DNA from: Candidatus Omnitrophota bacterium
Lineage (GTDB): Bacteria; Omnitrophota; Gorgyraeia; JAHIPI01
DNA: 64,000 nt
Assembly: GCA_016783745.1 (NCBI GenBank)
Contig: JADHVZ010000005.1
Span: 1,178-65,177 of the forward strand
Direction: 5' to 3'
Part shown: in pieces, positions 54,036 through 64,000 of the stretch
Layout of the letters: every line of letters begins with the position of its first letter
Numbering within the stretch: the stretch's first letter is position 1
Notes under the pieces: model-generated
What the model was told of the DNA's origin: nothing
The model's input: the letters and a program-made list of their open reading frames with translations, nothing else
Database searches by the model: none
Made by a program: the position numbers and the translations under genes

Positions 54036-56333
54036 TCAAATCTTTTTAATCCTTGTGTTAAAACCGCCTTTATTATTTCTTCTGACTATGATCTCATACA
54101 TCTTACCTCGGAAAAGGCGCCGTACCTTAAAACCACGCCAATTATCCGGGATGCATGGATCTACGGTGAGGCCGTCTTTGCCGGGCCTCACTCCCAATAT
54201 CCAATCAACGATCACGCGCAACATCCAGGTGGCGGAACCCGTATACCATGTCCATCCTCCACGGCCAAAATTCGCCGAATCAGGCCCGTCAATATTGCCG
54301 GGCATGACATAAGGCTCAGCTTTATATAGATCCGGCTTCTCGCTTCTCGAGGGCGGTATCATCTTCCTGTACATGTTATACGCTGTTTTATTTCTTTTCA
54401 ATATGCACTCCGCCTGGATAGCCCAAGCGGCGGCATGGGAATAAACACCGCCGTTCTCTCTTATGCCCGCGGCATATCTGGTAAGATATCCTATCTCAGG
54501 ATCCGGCACAGAATATGCCGGATAAAAAAGTAACGGCCCGTATTCCCTGTCAAGGTACTTTTCGGCTGATTTTACGGCGATCTCTCCGCGCCTGCCTTCA
54601 GCAGTCTTATTTATGACTGACCAGCTTTGCGCGTTAAAGTATATCTTGCCTTCTTTTGATCTCGAGCTTCCCAGTATCTCGCCATTATCGCTCACTGCCC
54701 TGATATACCATTTTCCGTCCCATCCATATTTGTTTATGGCCTTTTTTAGGGCATCCTTTCTTTTTTTGAAGACCGCGCGGCTTCTAAGATCCTTCTTCAT
54801 CGCGCATATCTCATCGAATCTGTCAAGTATCCCGTAAAGAAAATGTCCCAGCCAGATGCTTTCGCCTTTCCAGTTTACGCCAACGCTGGACATCCCGTCA
54901 TTCCAGTCTCCCTCTCCTATGAGCGGGAGGCCTCTCTTGGTGAATCTCGAAAGGGCCTTATTGATGGCCCTCAGGCAGTGTTTATAAAGGGATTCGGACG
55001 ACGCGTCAAGATAGCCGGCGTGTTCATTTAATATCTTACGGTCTCCTGTCTCGTCAAGGTAGTTCAATGTTATATACGGCAGCCACAGAAGGTCGTCAGA
55101 AAAACCCGTATCGAGCCCCCATTCCGTAAGGGCATGCCACCAGTGGTAAACAGTGCCGGCTTTATATTGATGCGCGGCATGCAGAAGGATCTGCTTCTTC
55201 GTCAGATCAGGATCGAGGTAAAAGAATATCTGGCTGTCCTGCAACTGGTCCCTGAACCCAAAAGCGCCGCTTGACTGATAATAAGCGCAACGCGCCCAGA
55301 GCCTTCCGGATATCGCCTGATATTTCAACCACGTGTTCACCATGATGTTCATCGCCTGGTCAGGCGTATCTATTTCCAGGCCTGATAACGTCCTTTCCCA
55401 GCGCTCTTTGACCTTCTCCAGCGCGTTATCTATATTTTCGGGTTTTTTATATTTCTCGATGATCCGTCTTGCCTCATTTTTATTTTTTGTCTCGCCAAGG
55501 ACGAATGAAACGGTCTTCTCCGAATTCGCCGGTATGCTTACCTTCACCTGAAGCGAACATATGGGGTCAGACCAGCGGCCAGTCGTATTAGTCAGCTTAT
55601 TTTCGACAACAGCCTTAGGCCGCACTATTGAGCCGTAATTACCCAGGAAATTCTCCTTATCGCCCTCATACGCTTCCGGTTTTATCGATGATGAGTGAAA
55701 AATATTACACGGCCATTCACTCAAGTGCTTATCATCTATCTTTCTGTTCACCTCACGCCTTTTATCGGCGAACAGGGCGCCCAGAGACTTATCATACCGG
55801 GTACCTATAAATGTCTTGTGGTACTCTCTGTGCACCGCATTGGGATTACCAAGACAGAGCTCAAAATACGTAAAAAGACTCAAGTCTCTCTTTTTGTCTG
55901 TTTTGTTTCTGAGCGTGACCTTCCAGATCTCGGCCGGTTCGTTCATGGTAACAAACTGCAGGGTCTCGGCCTCTATGCCGTTTGTCCTGTTCTTGATCAC
56001 TGTATAGCCGATCCCGTGCCTGACTTCATATTTTGCGTATTTCGCGCATGTCGGTTTCCATCCCGCGGACCATATCTCCTCTGAATGGTCATCTCTTATG
56101 TAGATAAATTTTCCATAATCATCTTTGATCAGATCCTGCAGCCAGGTGTTTATCCGACATAAGTTCGAATTACCTCTAAAACTATAACCGGAACCGGTTT
56201 GCGATATTACCGTTCCATAATCGCCATTTGAGAGTACATTGACCCATGGTCTCGGTGTATCCGGCCGGGTTATCACATATTCTTTCCCATCTTCAGTAAA
56301 GTAACCGTATTTCGTCTTAAATAACTTCTTCAT
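54036..56333 (-). CDS. GH94-family glycoside phosphorylase (cellobiose/chitobiose phosphorylase-like)
   Basis: PLIGEGDWNDGMS matches the GH94 catalytic-acid motif. FGFRDQLQD present. Length 765 aa. Confidence 0.6.
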   Translation of the reverse strand: MKKLFKTKYGYFTEDGKEYVITRPDTPRPWVNVLSNGDYGTVISQTGSGYSFRGNSNLCRINTWLQDLIKDDYGKFIYIRDDHSEEIWSAGWKPTCAKYAKYEVRHGIGYTVIKNRTNGIEAETLQFVTMNEPAEIWKVTLRNKTDKKRDLSLFTYFELCLGNPNAVHREYHKTFIGTRYDKSLGALFADKRREVNRKIDDKHLSEWPCNIFHSSSIKPEAYEGDKENFLGNYGSIVRPKAVVENKLTNTTGRWSDPICSLQVKVSIPANSEKTVSFVLGETKNKNEARRIIEKYKKPENIDNALEKVKERWERTLSGLEIDTPDQAMNIMVNTWLKYQAISGRLWARCAYYQSSGAFGFRDQLQDSQIFFYLDPDLTKKQILLHAAHQYKAGTVYHWWHALTEWGLDTGFSDDLLWLPYITLNYLDETGDRKILNEHAGYLDASSESLYKHCLRAINKALSRFTKRGLPLIGEGDWNDGMSSVGVNWKGESIWLGHFLYGILDRFDEICAMKKDLRSRAVFKKRKDALKKAINKYGWDGKWYIRAVSDNGEILGSSRSKEGKIYFNAQSWSVINKTAEGRRGEIAVKSAEKYLDREYGPLLFYPAYSVPDPEIGYLTRYAAGIRENGGVYSHAAAWAIQAECILKRNKTAYNMYRKMIPPSRSEKPDLYKAEPYVMPGNIDGPDSANFGRGGWTWYTGSATWMLRVIVDWILGVRPGKDGLTVDPCIPDNWRGFKVRRLFRGKMYEIIVRRNNKGGFNTRIKKI

Positions 56334-59300
56334 GTTCTCCTGATACGTGTAAAACGTCCCTTTGTTTTGTTTTTAATAAGCCTTGTGTCGCATTTTATTA
56401 TTTGAAATACCCGCAGCGTATCACGAAGCAGCGTCCCTTGACCAAACGACCTGCTTATATCCTCAAAGATTATATATATACTGGGCACTAAAATCAAGGT
56501 CAAAATCGTTGAAAATGAAAGACCGCCTATGACAGTGATCGCCAGCGGCGCCCACAGGCTTGATGCTTCGGAACGGTCAAGCGCCATAGGTATAAGCGCG
56601 AGGATAGTAGTGCTTGTCGTAAGCATGATCGGCCTCAGCCTATCCTTACCCCCGCGCAAAACCGCTTTTAACAGTTGGCAATTTTCTTTTCTAAGGCGGT
56701 TGATCTTATCCACCAGCATAATGGCGTTATTTACCACAATGCCGGCCAGCATTATAGCTCCGATGATGACCCCTATTCCTATCGATTTCTTCGTCAGCCA
56801 CAGGGTAAAAGCCGCCCCGACTAACGCAAGCGGAATGGATATCATAATGATAAAAGGCTGGTAATATGACTCAAATAAAGAAGCCAGGATCATATAAACA
56901 AGTATTACGGCCAGTAATAACGCGAAGGCCAGCTGCCGCTGATTTTGAAGCTGCTTTTCATAATCACCGCCGAATTCCCAGTAATAATCGCGGGGCAATT
57001 TCAAATCCTTGAGGGCGTCCTTGATCCTTCTCACCGCCTGTGACAGAGATAATCTGGTAGACGTCCCGCTTAACTCGATGAATCTATTCTTATTTTTCCG
57101 ATGGATCTCGCTCGGCCCGATAGCCGGCTTAAAATCGGCGACTTGCTTAAGGTAGATATTGTCCCCTTCCGGCGTGGTTATTAAAAGATTTTTTATATCA
57201 TCAAAATCCTTTCTATGCTCTTCTTTGAGCCGGGCTACAGTTTCCACTTCTTTAGACTCTGTGTGAAATAACATAGCCCTGAGCCCTCGCATTTCCGCAT
57301 GCGCTATATCGGCAATATCCCTCATCGCGATCCCGTAGTATGCCGCCTTTTCCTTATTAACGATAACCCTGTATTCCGGCCTTCCGGGCTCTATTGAACG
57401 CTTCAGGTCCACCATACCAGGCACCGCTGCCATGCCGTCCCCCAGCTGGGCGACAAATTCATTCAGTTTTTCATAATCATGGCCGTACACATCAAGCGAG
57501 ACTTCCGGCATGCCCGGAGCCTGAACTTCCGAAAAATAAATAAATCCCCCTTTATATTTTTTCTCGATCGTTTTCAATTTAGGCCTCAACCACTCTATCA
57601 CACTTTCTGTCGTCTCCCGCCTTTTGTCAAAAGGCACCAGACTTACATAAACTGTCGAAGACCATCCTTCGACCCTTGATGAAAAATTCTCGATCGCCGG
57701 ATGACGGATAAGGAGCTCTTCTATCTCCTTTACCATAGTATCTGATTTTTCAAGCTTGGCCCCTGCTTCCAGCCTCGCGTGAATGGTGAATTTGCCCTGT
57801 TCGGTCTGGCCTAAAAATTCTCTATCAAGGCCCCTGAATACAAAAAGAGCAAGAAAAAATACCGCGAAAGCCAGCACTACAGAAAGATATCTCATCCTTA
57901 ACACATAAGACAGGCACATCTGATATTTATTTCTTATCCATGAAAGATCAAGGCCCAGCCTGGACATATTTAAAAGGTAAGCGGAAAGGCAGGGAATCAA
58001 AGTCAATGCTACGATCAAAGACGCTAAAAGCGAAAATGTGACAGTCATGCCCAGGCTGCCGTATAACTTTTTTATGTCATCTGAAACAAATATTATAGGC
58101 AGGAAAACCACAATGGTAGTGATCGTAGACGCCGATATGGCCAAGAAAACTTCCTTCGTGCCTGTAATAGCCGCCTCATGCGCGGATATTTTCTTTTCTC
58201 TTTTGGAAAAAATATTTTCCAGGACGACTATGGAATTATCCACCAGCATGCCTATGCCTAGCGCCAGCCCGCTCAGCGTCATGACATTTATAGACATCTG
58301 GCTTTGTGGAAAAAAAGAATTTCTAAAATACATCAAAGTAAACGTGGCTACGACCGAAGTCGGTATGGAAGTGAATATGATAAAAGTGGACCTGTAATTT
58401 CTTAAGAAAAAGAAAAGTATAAAGGCGGCTAATATCGCCCCGAATAGTAAAGATCTCTTCACCGTATCTATGGCATTAACGATAAAGCTGGCCTGATCGC
58501 TTACAATATCGATATTGATATCCTCTTCCGAGACAAGGCCTAATTCCGCCAGTTTTTCTTTTATGGGGCCTTCTATCTGTTTTTTTACTGCGTTAACGAC
58601 TTTCACGGTGTTAGCTTCGGCCTCTTTATGGATATAAAGAGAGACGATATCCGTGGGGATCGCCACCGGCGGAGCCCCGAGGCGGGCATAATTTTCCGGA
58701 TCCAGAAATGAATCTTCTATACTCGCGATATCCTTGAGCTTTACAAGTGAACTCGACGGTGTAGTGGCAACGACAATATTTTCGATCTCTTCGATGGTCT
58801 CGAATTCACCCATAGTCCGCAACAAATATTTATCGCGCTTGCCTTCAACCTTACCGGCCAGGAGATTCAGATTATTCATCCCCAATTTATCTATTACCTT
58901 AAGGATCGGCAAGCTATGCGCGTTGAGTTTATCCTGATCAAATTCAACAAGTATCTTTCTCTCTCTTCCGCCGTACGCCTCTACATTGGCTACACCATCC
59001 ACCCTCATGAGATATTCCTTGATATCCTCGTTGATCACCGTCCTTAGATACTCGGTGGTATATTTCTTGCTGGTCACGGCTGATATCATCACGTAAATAT
59101 CTGTTTCCTCGTATCTTGCTATAACCGGCCTTTCGATCTCTCTGGGAAGGTCATTTTTTATCCTCGCGAATTTCTCCCTGACCTCAAGCGCCGCGAAATC
59201 CATGTCAGTCTCAGACTCAAATTTGATGACGACCTGTGACTCGCCCTTCTCGGATTTCGAAAATATCTCTTCTACGCCGTTCACCATAGATACGGCGTCT

Positions 59301-59506
59301 TCTATGGGTTTTGTGACCATTTCTTCGACTTCAGTGGGAGGCATCCCGCCTCTGACACGTGTGATTATAGTTATCTTCTTGTATCCGACATTAGGCATGA
59401 GTTCGACGGGAAGTTTGGTAAGGGATATTATGCCGATGAGCATGACGGCGGCAAATATCATCAATATCGTGATCGGACGCTTTACTGCTGTTCTGGATAT
59501 ATCCAT
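56330..59506 (-). CDS. RND efflux transporter (AcrB/AcrD family), pump 2
   Basis: 1058 aa with 12-TM and 2 large periplasmic loops. RND signature regions. Confidence 0.85.
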   Translation of the reverse strand: MDISRTAVKRPITILMIFAAVMLIGIISLTKLPVELMPNVGYKKITIITRVRGGMPPTEVEEMVTKPIEDAVSMVNGVEEIFSKSEKGESQVVIKFESETDMDFAALEVREKFARIKNDLPREIERPVIARYEETDIYVMISAVTSKKYTTEYLRTVINEDIKEYLMRVDGVANVEAYGGRERKILVEFDQDKLNAHSLPILKVIDKLGMNNLNLLAGKVEGKRDKYLLRTMGEFETIEEIENIVVATTPSSSLVKLKDIASIEDSFLDPENYARLGAPPVAIPTDIVSLYIHKEAEANTVKVVNAVKKQIEGPIKEKLAELGLVSEEDINIDIVSDQASFIVNAIDTVKRSLLFGAILAAFILFFFLRNYRSTFIIFTSIPTSVVATFTLMYFRNSFFPQSQMSINVMTLSGLALGIGMLVDNSIVVLENIFSKREKKISAHEAAITGTKEVFLAISASTITTIVVFLPIIFVSDDIKKLYGSLGMTVTFSLLASLIVALTLIPCLSAYLLNMSRLGLDLSWIRNKYQMCLSYVLRMRYLSVVLAFAVFFLALFVFRGLDREFLGQTEQGKFTIHARLEAGAKLEKSDTMVKEIEELLIRHPAIENFSSRVEGWSSTVYVSLVPFDKRRETTESVIEWLRPKLKTIEKKYKGGFIYFSEVQAPGMPEVSLDVYGHDYEKLNEFVAQLGDGMAAVPGMVDLKRSIEPGRPEYRVIVNKEKAAYYGIAMRDIADIAHAEMRGLRAMLFHTESKEVETVARLKEEHRKDFDDIKNLLITTPEGDNIYLKQVADFKPAIGPSEIHRKNKNRFIELSGTSTRLSLSQAVRRIKDALKDLKLPRDYYWEFGGDYEKQLQNQRQLAFALLLAVILVYMILASLFESYYQPFIIMISIPLALVGAAFTLWLTKKSIGIGVIIGAIMLAGIVVNNAIMLVDKINRLRKENCQLLKAVLRGGKDRLRPIMLTTSTTILALIPMALDRSEASSLWAPLAITVIGGLSFSTILTLILVPSIYIIFEDISRSFGQGTLLRDTLRVFQIIKCDTRLIKNKTKGRFTRIRRT

Positions 59507-59509
59507 TTA

Positions 59510-62500
59510 TTAACTTTTACGTCTCGCGAGAATATCCGCTGCTATTAGATATACCGATGGTATGACGACAAGCGTTAAAAATGTCGAAACCAGGAGCCCG
59601 CCCATTACGGTTATGGCAAGCGGCGATATAAGCTCTCCGCCTTCACCGAGCCCTAACGCCAAAGGCAAAAGGCCTAAGACGGTGGTAAGCGTGGTCATTA
59701 AAATAGGCCTGAGCCTGGTGGCCGCCGCTTCCACTACCGCGTCATATACACCCCTCCCGGAATTTAAAAGGGTGTTTATATAGTCTACCAGGACTATCGC
59801 GTTATTCACGACTATTCCGCCAAGAACTATGACACCAAGGATGGCGACGACACTAAGCGTAGTTTTAGTAATAAATAAAGCCAGGGCAACTCCCACTATC
59901 GACAGCGGCACCGTGAACATTATGACAAAGGGCTGCCATAATGATTCGAATTGAGCGGCCATGATCATATAGACGACAAGGATTGCCATGATAAGAGCGA
60001 ATCGCAGGCTGTTAAACGATTGGCTCATCTGTTCACGTTCACCTGTCAGTTTAGGCTTTGGATATCCCGAAGGGACCTCCAGTCTATCTAAAAAATTCGA
60101 TACATCTTTTATGACTTCGATTATTTTTCGGTCGAAAATATTCGCATACACCAATATGGTCCTTGCTTTATCGATCCTTTTTATTTCACTCGGGCCCCTC
60201 CCGGGCTTAAATTCAGCGACTTCTCCTAAAGGAACTTTTATATTGTTAGGCGAGATGATCCTCATTTGTTTTATAATAGAAAGGTCCTTTCTGTCCTCTT
60301 CCCTCATCCTCACTCTTATGTCGATCTCCCTTCCTTCCTCCTTAAAAGTCGTCGCGATCCAGCCGTCTATGGCGATCTGGGCAGTTTGGGCTATGTCCCT
60401 GACCGAAAGATTATAAAGAGCGGCCTTATTCTTGTTCACAATTACTTTTGTTTCCGGAGCGGGTTCCTCTGAGCTGCTTTTCACGTCATAGATCCCTTCT
60501 ATCGAGCTGATACCGGAAATTATATCATCGGATATAGCTGTAAGCTCTTCCAGGTCCGCACCGCTGACTTCGATGACAATAGGGGATCCTTCTTCGCGAA
60601 AGGCGGACTGGATGACATTTTGAGAAAGGATAAACTTTATCTCGCCTGCCTCTAAATTAATGGAATCTATTCTATCCTTCAGGTTCTGCACAAAGACATC
60701 CGTACCGATCCCTCTCTTCTCCTTAAGAGTTACGACTATCTGCGCCTGGTTGTCTTTAAGCATTTCGACGCTGCCGGATGCCGAGGCTTCTTCTCTATTA
60801 GACCCTACTGTGGCAGTGACATTATTGACAAAATCCATGCCCATGATCTCCGCCTCAATACGTTTAGAAACTTCATTGGTAACGTCCAATTTTGTGCCTG
60901 CCGGCATATCAAGCTTTGTTATAAACTGCCCTTCATCTACCTTCGGCATAAATTCTTTTCCTATATGCTGAAAGAGGAAGAGGCTTGATATAAATAGGAT
61001 GAATATCATCAACAGGCAAGGCCTTCTATGGGCAAGAAAACTTCTTAATATTTTGGAATATACGCTTGCCATTTTATCGATCCAGTCACCGGAGGTTTTT
61101 TGCGGCGGAACCTTCATCTCCTTGCCCATGATAGCAAGCCTGGGTATAAGCGAAAGAGCCACAAAAAGTGACGCTAAAACAGAGAAGGTGATCGTAAAAG
61201 CCAGATCCTTGAATATCTGTCCTGCTATTCCTATGACAAACGCCAGCGGCAAAAACACAGCTATAGTAGTCAATGTACTTGCGGTTATCGCGGCATTTAC
61301 TTCCTCCGTCCCTGTAGTAGCCGCGTCTTTGGTGGATCTACCCGCAGCGCGGTGCCTGAATATATTTTCAATAACGACTATCGCGTTATCCACAAGCATG
61401 CCTATTCCCAGCGCTAACCCGCCGAATGAAATAATATTTACCGATATACCGGAAAAATACATGAGGCTGAATGCGGCCATAACCGACACCGGTATAGCAA
61501 AAGCGACGATAGCTGAATTTTTGAAATTTCTTAAGAACAAAAGAAGTATCAATACCGCCAGCATGCCCCCCTGAAGCGCGGCGCCCGCGACTCCGCTGAT
61601 GGCGTCTCTTATAAACTTCGATTGATCGTAATCTATATTTACGCTGACTCTCTCGGGCAGGATATTCTTTACTTTTTCCAGTTCCCTGGCAACCTTCTGA
61701 GCGGTCCTTATAACATTGGCATCTGCCTGCTTCTGAATAGAGACCAAGACATTCTCACGCCCATTATAGCGGGCATAGCTGGTCCTCTCCTTAAAACCGT
61801 CCTTAACCGTCGCAACATCACTTAATCTAACAAAGCGTCTTTTCTTGATCATTTGCTCATCTTCACTTTTACTTCCGTATTGGGCTTCCTCGGATTCGAT
61901 AAGCGCGATAACCGTATCTTCAATATCCGAGATAGCCTCAAACTCTCCCATAGTCCTGATAAGCCACTCAAAAAATTCCTCTTTGGTGGTACCGGCCGGA
62001 TAATTCAGGTTTGAATCGCGTAAAGAATCTACGATCGCGAGCAGATCTATGTCCGAATTCTGAAGCACTCCGCCGTTGACGTCTACATGGATCTCCCTTT
62101 CTATGCCTCCTGAAATAGAACATGACGCAACGCCTTCCACCTTCTCCAGCCTGCCCTTTACATATCTTGTGGATATCTCAAATAATTCGTTGAGCGACCT
62201 GTCGCCGCTGACATTTAGCGTCATGATAGGGGTGGCAAAAGGATTAAATTTCATTACAATCGGCTCTTCCGCGTCTCTAGGTAATCTCTCCTTGACAATG
62301 TCGATCTTCTCCCTCATCCCAAGCGCCGCGAAATTCATATCAGTCCCCCAGCTGAACTCGACTATTACGATAGAGGTGCCTTCGCGGGATGTAGAGATAA
62401 CGCGCCTGGCGTTTTTTACCGTACCGACAGCCTCTTCCATCAATTTAGTGATGAGACTTTCGACTTCTTCAGGCGCGGTATTTGTATAATTAGTGACTAC

Positions 62501-62638
62501 GGTAAGCTGAGGGTAGGTTACCTCCGGAAAAAGCTCTTGCGGAAGGCGGGTCAATGATATGATCCCAAGAAGGATCACACCTAAGAATATCATTGTTACT
62601 GTTACCGGCTTTTTTACTGAAAAGGATGGCAGGCTCAT
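59510..62638 (-). CDS. RND efflux transporter (AcrB/AcrD family), pump 1
   Basis: 1042 aa. Same architecture as pump 2. Confidence 0.85.
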   Translation of the reverse strand: MSLPSFSVKKPVTVTMIFLGVILLGIISLTRLPQELFPEVTYPQLTVVTNYTNTAPEEVESLITKLMEEAVGTVKNARRVISTSREGTSIVIVEFSWGTDMNFAALGMREKIDIVKERLPRDAEEPIVMKFNPFATPIMTLNVSGDRSLNELFEISTRYVKGRLEKVEGVASCSISGGIEREIHVDVNGGVLQNSDIDLLAIVDSLRDSNLNYPAGTTKEEFFEWLIRTMGEFEAISDIEDTVIALIESEEAQYGSKSEDEQMIKKRRFVRLSDVATVKDGFKERTSYARYNGRENVLVSIQKQADANVIRTAQKVARELEKVKNILPERVSVNIDYDQSKFIRDAISGVAGAALQGGMLAVLILLLFLRNFKNSAIVAFAIPVSVMAAFSLMYFSGISVNIISFGGLALGIGMLVDNAIVVIENIFRHRAAGRSTKDAATTGTEEVNAAITASTLTTIAVFLPLAFVIGIAGQIFKDLAFTITFSVLASLFVALSLIPRLAIMGKEMKVPPQKTSGDWIDKMASVYSKILRSFLAHRRPCLLMIFILFISSLFLFQHIGKEFMPKVDEGQFITKLDMPAGTKLDVTNEVSKRIEAEIMGMDFVNNVTATVGSNREEASASGSVEMLKDNQAQIVVTLKEKRGIGTDVFVQNLKDRIDSINLEAGEIKFILSQNVIQSAFREEGSPIVIEVSGADLEELTAISDDIISGISSIEGIYDVKSSSEEPAPETKVIVNKNKAALYNLSVRDIAQTAQIAIDGWIATTFKEEGREIDIRVRMREEDRKDLSIIKQMRIISPNNIKVPLGEVAEFKPGRGPSEIKRIDKARTILVYANIFDRKIIEVIKDVSNFLDRLEVPSGYPKPKLTGEREQMSQSFNSLRFALIMAILVVYMIMAAQFESLWQPFVIMFTVPLSIVGVALALFITKTTLSVVAILGVIVLGGIVVNNAIVLVDYINTLLNSGRGVYDAVVEAAATRLRPILMTTLTTVLGLLPLALGLGEGGELISPLAITVMGGLLVSTFLTLVVIPSVYLIAADILARRKS

Positions 62639-62710
62639 TATTTAACCTTTGGTAAATACAAAAATAGCGTATAGGGGTCGGTATTTTCCTATGCGCTAAA
62701 CTCAAAAATC

Positions 62711-63832
62711 CTATTCCTCTATTATCTCGATCCTGACACCGTCTTTGATCGTTTCCTTTGCCCTTGGTGATTCTAGAACGATCTCCTGGCCTTCTTTAAG
62801 GCCCTCGAGTATCAGCGCAAGGTCTTCCGATGCCCTTTCCACTTTAACCGGAATGGTCCTGGCTGTGATATTTCCGGGATCCTGTCCGCTTATCCCCTGC
62901 CTTATCACGCCGAATACAACATAACCGTCTTCTGTCTTTTTCAGGGTCTTTCGCGGAACGACCAGGGCATTCTTTTTTTTGAAAGTGGTGATCTCTGATC
63001 TAGCGAACATTCCCGGTTTTATCACGCTCTTATCGTTCGGGATCAGTATACGTACTGTCTGGGTGCGGCTTCTTCCCTCTATCATAGGCGAAACCGAATC
63101 TACGGCTCCAACGAAAACCGCATCAGGAAACCTATCCAGAGTGATCTTTACGGCCTGGCCCACCTTGACCTTGCCTATATCTTTCTCTATTATGCCTACT
63201 TCGCAAAAAACATTAGTAATATCCAGAAAAGTCGCCACGACATCATTAGGCTCTACAAGTTCGCCTTCGTTCACTTTACGGGTTCCCATGATGCCATCGG
63301 ACGGGGCGTGAAAACTCCTCTTTTTAATATCAAGCTCCGTCGATGTCACCTCAAGTTCCCGCTGCCTGAGCGCGTCTTTGGTAATAGCCCCGAGATCGTA
63401 GAGCTTTTTATGTTTGATGTATTCGATTTCCGCGTATTCAAATCTCAGATTTTCCTCATTTTGATCCTGGGAGACTACTATCTCGCCGCTCTCTATTTCA
63501 TCACCCTCTTTAAAATAAAACCCTGCGATCATGCCGCTTTCCTTAAATTTTATAGGTATTTCCCCGAAGCCCTTTATTATCCCAAAAGAGGTGATAATGT
63601 CTTCATAGTCAGCTCTTGTTACGGTTGTGACCCTGACCGGAATAACCTCTTCAGATCTTCCTTTCGTGACCGCGCCTAAGATCCCTTCCGGCGCTTTACT
63701 TTTAAACAGTCTCTCTTTCAGGGCCTCCAATGACACACTATCTGTCATCATCGCCTTTCCCCGCATAATAAGAAGAGAACCCGCTAAAATAAGTATAAAG
63801 ATGATCGCTTTTTGTCTTTTTGGAATAGTCAT
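62711..63832 (-). CDS. RND efflux membrane fusion protein (periplasmic adaptor, HlyD/AcrA family)
   Basis: Signal/anchor N-terminus. Coiled-coil, lipoyl and beta-barrel regions. Immediately upstream of the RND genes. Confidence 0.8.
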   Translation of the reverse strand: MTIPKRQKAIIFILILAGSLLIMRGKAMMTDSVSLEALKERLFKSKAPEGILGAVTKGRSEEVIPVRVTTVTRADYEDIITSFGIIKGFGEIPIKFKESGMIAGFYFKEGDEIESGEIVVSQDQNEENLRFEYAEIEYIKHKKLYDLGAITKDALRQRELEVTSTELDIKKRSFHAPSDGIMGTRKVNEGELVEPNDVVATFLDITNVFCEVGIIEKDIGKVKVGQAVKITLDRFPDAVFVGAVDSVSPMIEGRSRTQTVRILIPNDKSVIKPGMFARSEITTFKKKNALVVPRKTLKKTEDGYVVFGVIRQGISGQDPGNITARTIPVKVERASEDLALILEGLKEGQEIVLESPRAKETIKDGVRIEIIEE

Positions 63833-63835
63833 TTT

Positions 63836-64000
63836 TTAAAAATAGTCCTCCAGGCCTATAGCTCTGTTTAATGCCGCTATAGATATGCTTAATTCCATTT
63901 CGGCTTCCAGATAAACTTTTATTGCTTCGGCGATTCCGAGCATACTATCAAACACTTCGGAAAGTTCGGCATCTCCTGCGCTATGCTTGGCCTCTATTAT
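63836..64000 (-). CDS. outer-membrane efflux factor (TolC-like), C-terminal end, partial
   Basis: - strand frame reads ...AGDAELSEVFDSMLGIAEAIKVYLEAEMELSISIAALNRAIGLEDYF* with its stop 4 nt before the MFP ATG. Position is typical of OMF genes. Confidence 0.4.
   Translation of the reverse strand: MIEAKHSAGDAELSEVFDSMLGIAEAIKVYLEAEMELSISIAALNRAIGLEDYF

Noticed and set aside
62490-62705. 71-aa minus-strand ORF overlapping the 3' end of the RND pump and the MFP spacer
   Set aside because: It overlaps the conserved RND C-terminus in another frame and has no motif.

Overview
This is a 64-kb chromosomal segment in which every supportable gene lies on the - strand; no rRNA, tRNA or CRISPR array was recognised. 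The gene content (group-4 [NiFe] hydrogenase with Mrp module, Rex, Hyp maturases, RND/TolC-like efflux, ArnT-like envelope glycosyltransferases) points to an anaerobic bacterium with a Gram-negative-type envelope; the taxon cannot be determined. In coordinate order the window holds: two secreted hypothetical proteins separated by a (TTGC)15 microsatellite; a roughly 1.6-kb AT-rich islet carrying a nucleotidyltransferase-like gene (possibly split), two hypothetical genes and a tandem palindromic operator-like repeat; and a roughly 13-kb envelope-glycosylation cluster. That cluster encodes five GT-C membrane transferases (three tandem ArnT/PMT_2-like paralogues and two carrying C-terminal TPR arrays), a GT2 polyprenyl-phosphate glycosyltransferase with its LAB_N-type partner, a GH3 acyl-acid amido synthetase homologue and an alpha/beta-hydrolase. 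Next come purQ-purL(PurS-fused)-guaA, an AEC transporter, glycan-active enzymes (GH5+CBM9-like, a 1101-aa unknown, GH94 phosphorylase) and pabB/pabC. The centrepiece is a roughly 14.7-kb operon (UPF0280-like, NIL-ferredoxin, Rex, HydB/HydG-like NAD(P)H module, HycB-like, group-4 [NiFe] hydrogenase core, complete MrpA-G module, NuoI-like ferredoxin, HycI protease). The operon is bracketed by two direct copies of an unusual heptad-repeat imperfect palindrome. It is interrupted, between the NuoC-like and large-subunit genes, by a 163-bp highly structured insertion flanked by a 13-bp direct duplication of the large-subunit start-codon region. Downstream lie hypE-hypD-hypC and a hypF reduced to its C-terminal Kae1-like domain, then pdaD-speB, a MetE-like protein, htpX, and two RND pumps with a fusion protein and a partial TolC-like gene. 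The most novel signals are the structured insertion, the paired heptad-palindrome elements, the Rex/HydBG/Mrp-hydrogenase composite and the multi-GT-C/TPR/GH3 glycosylation cluster.
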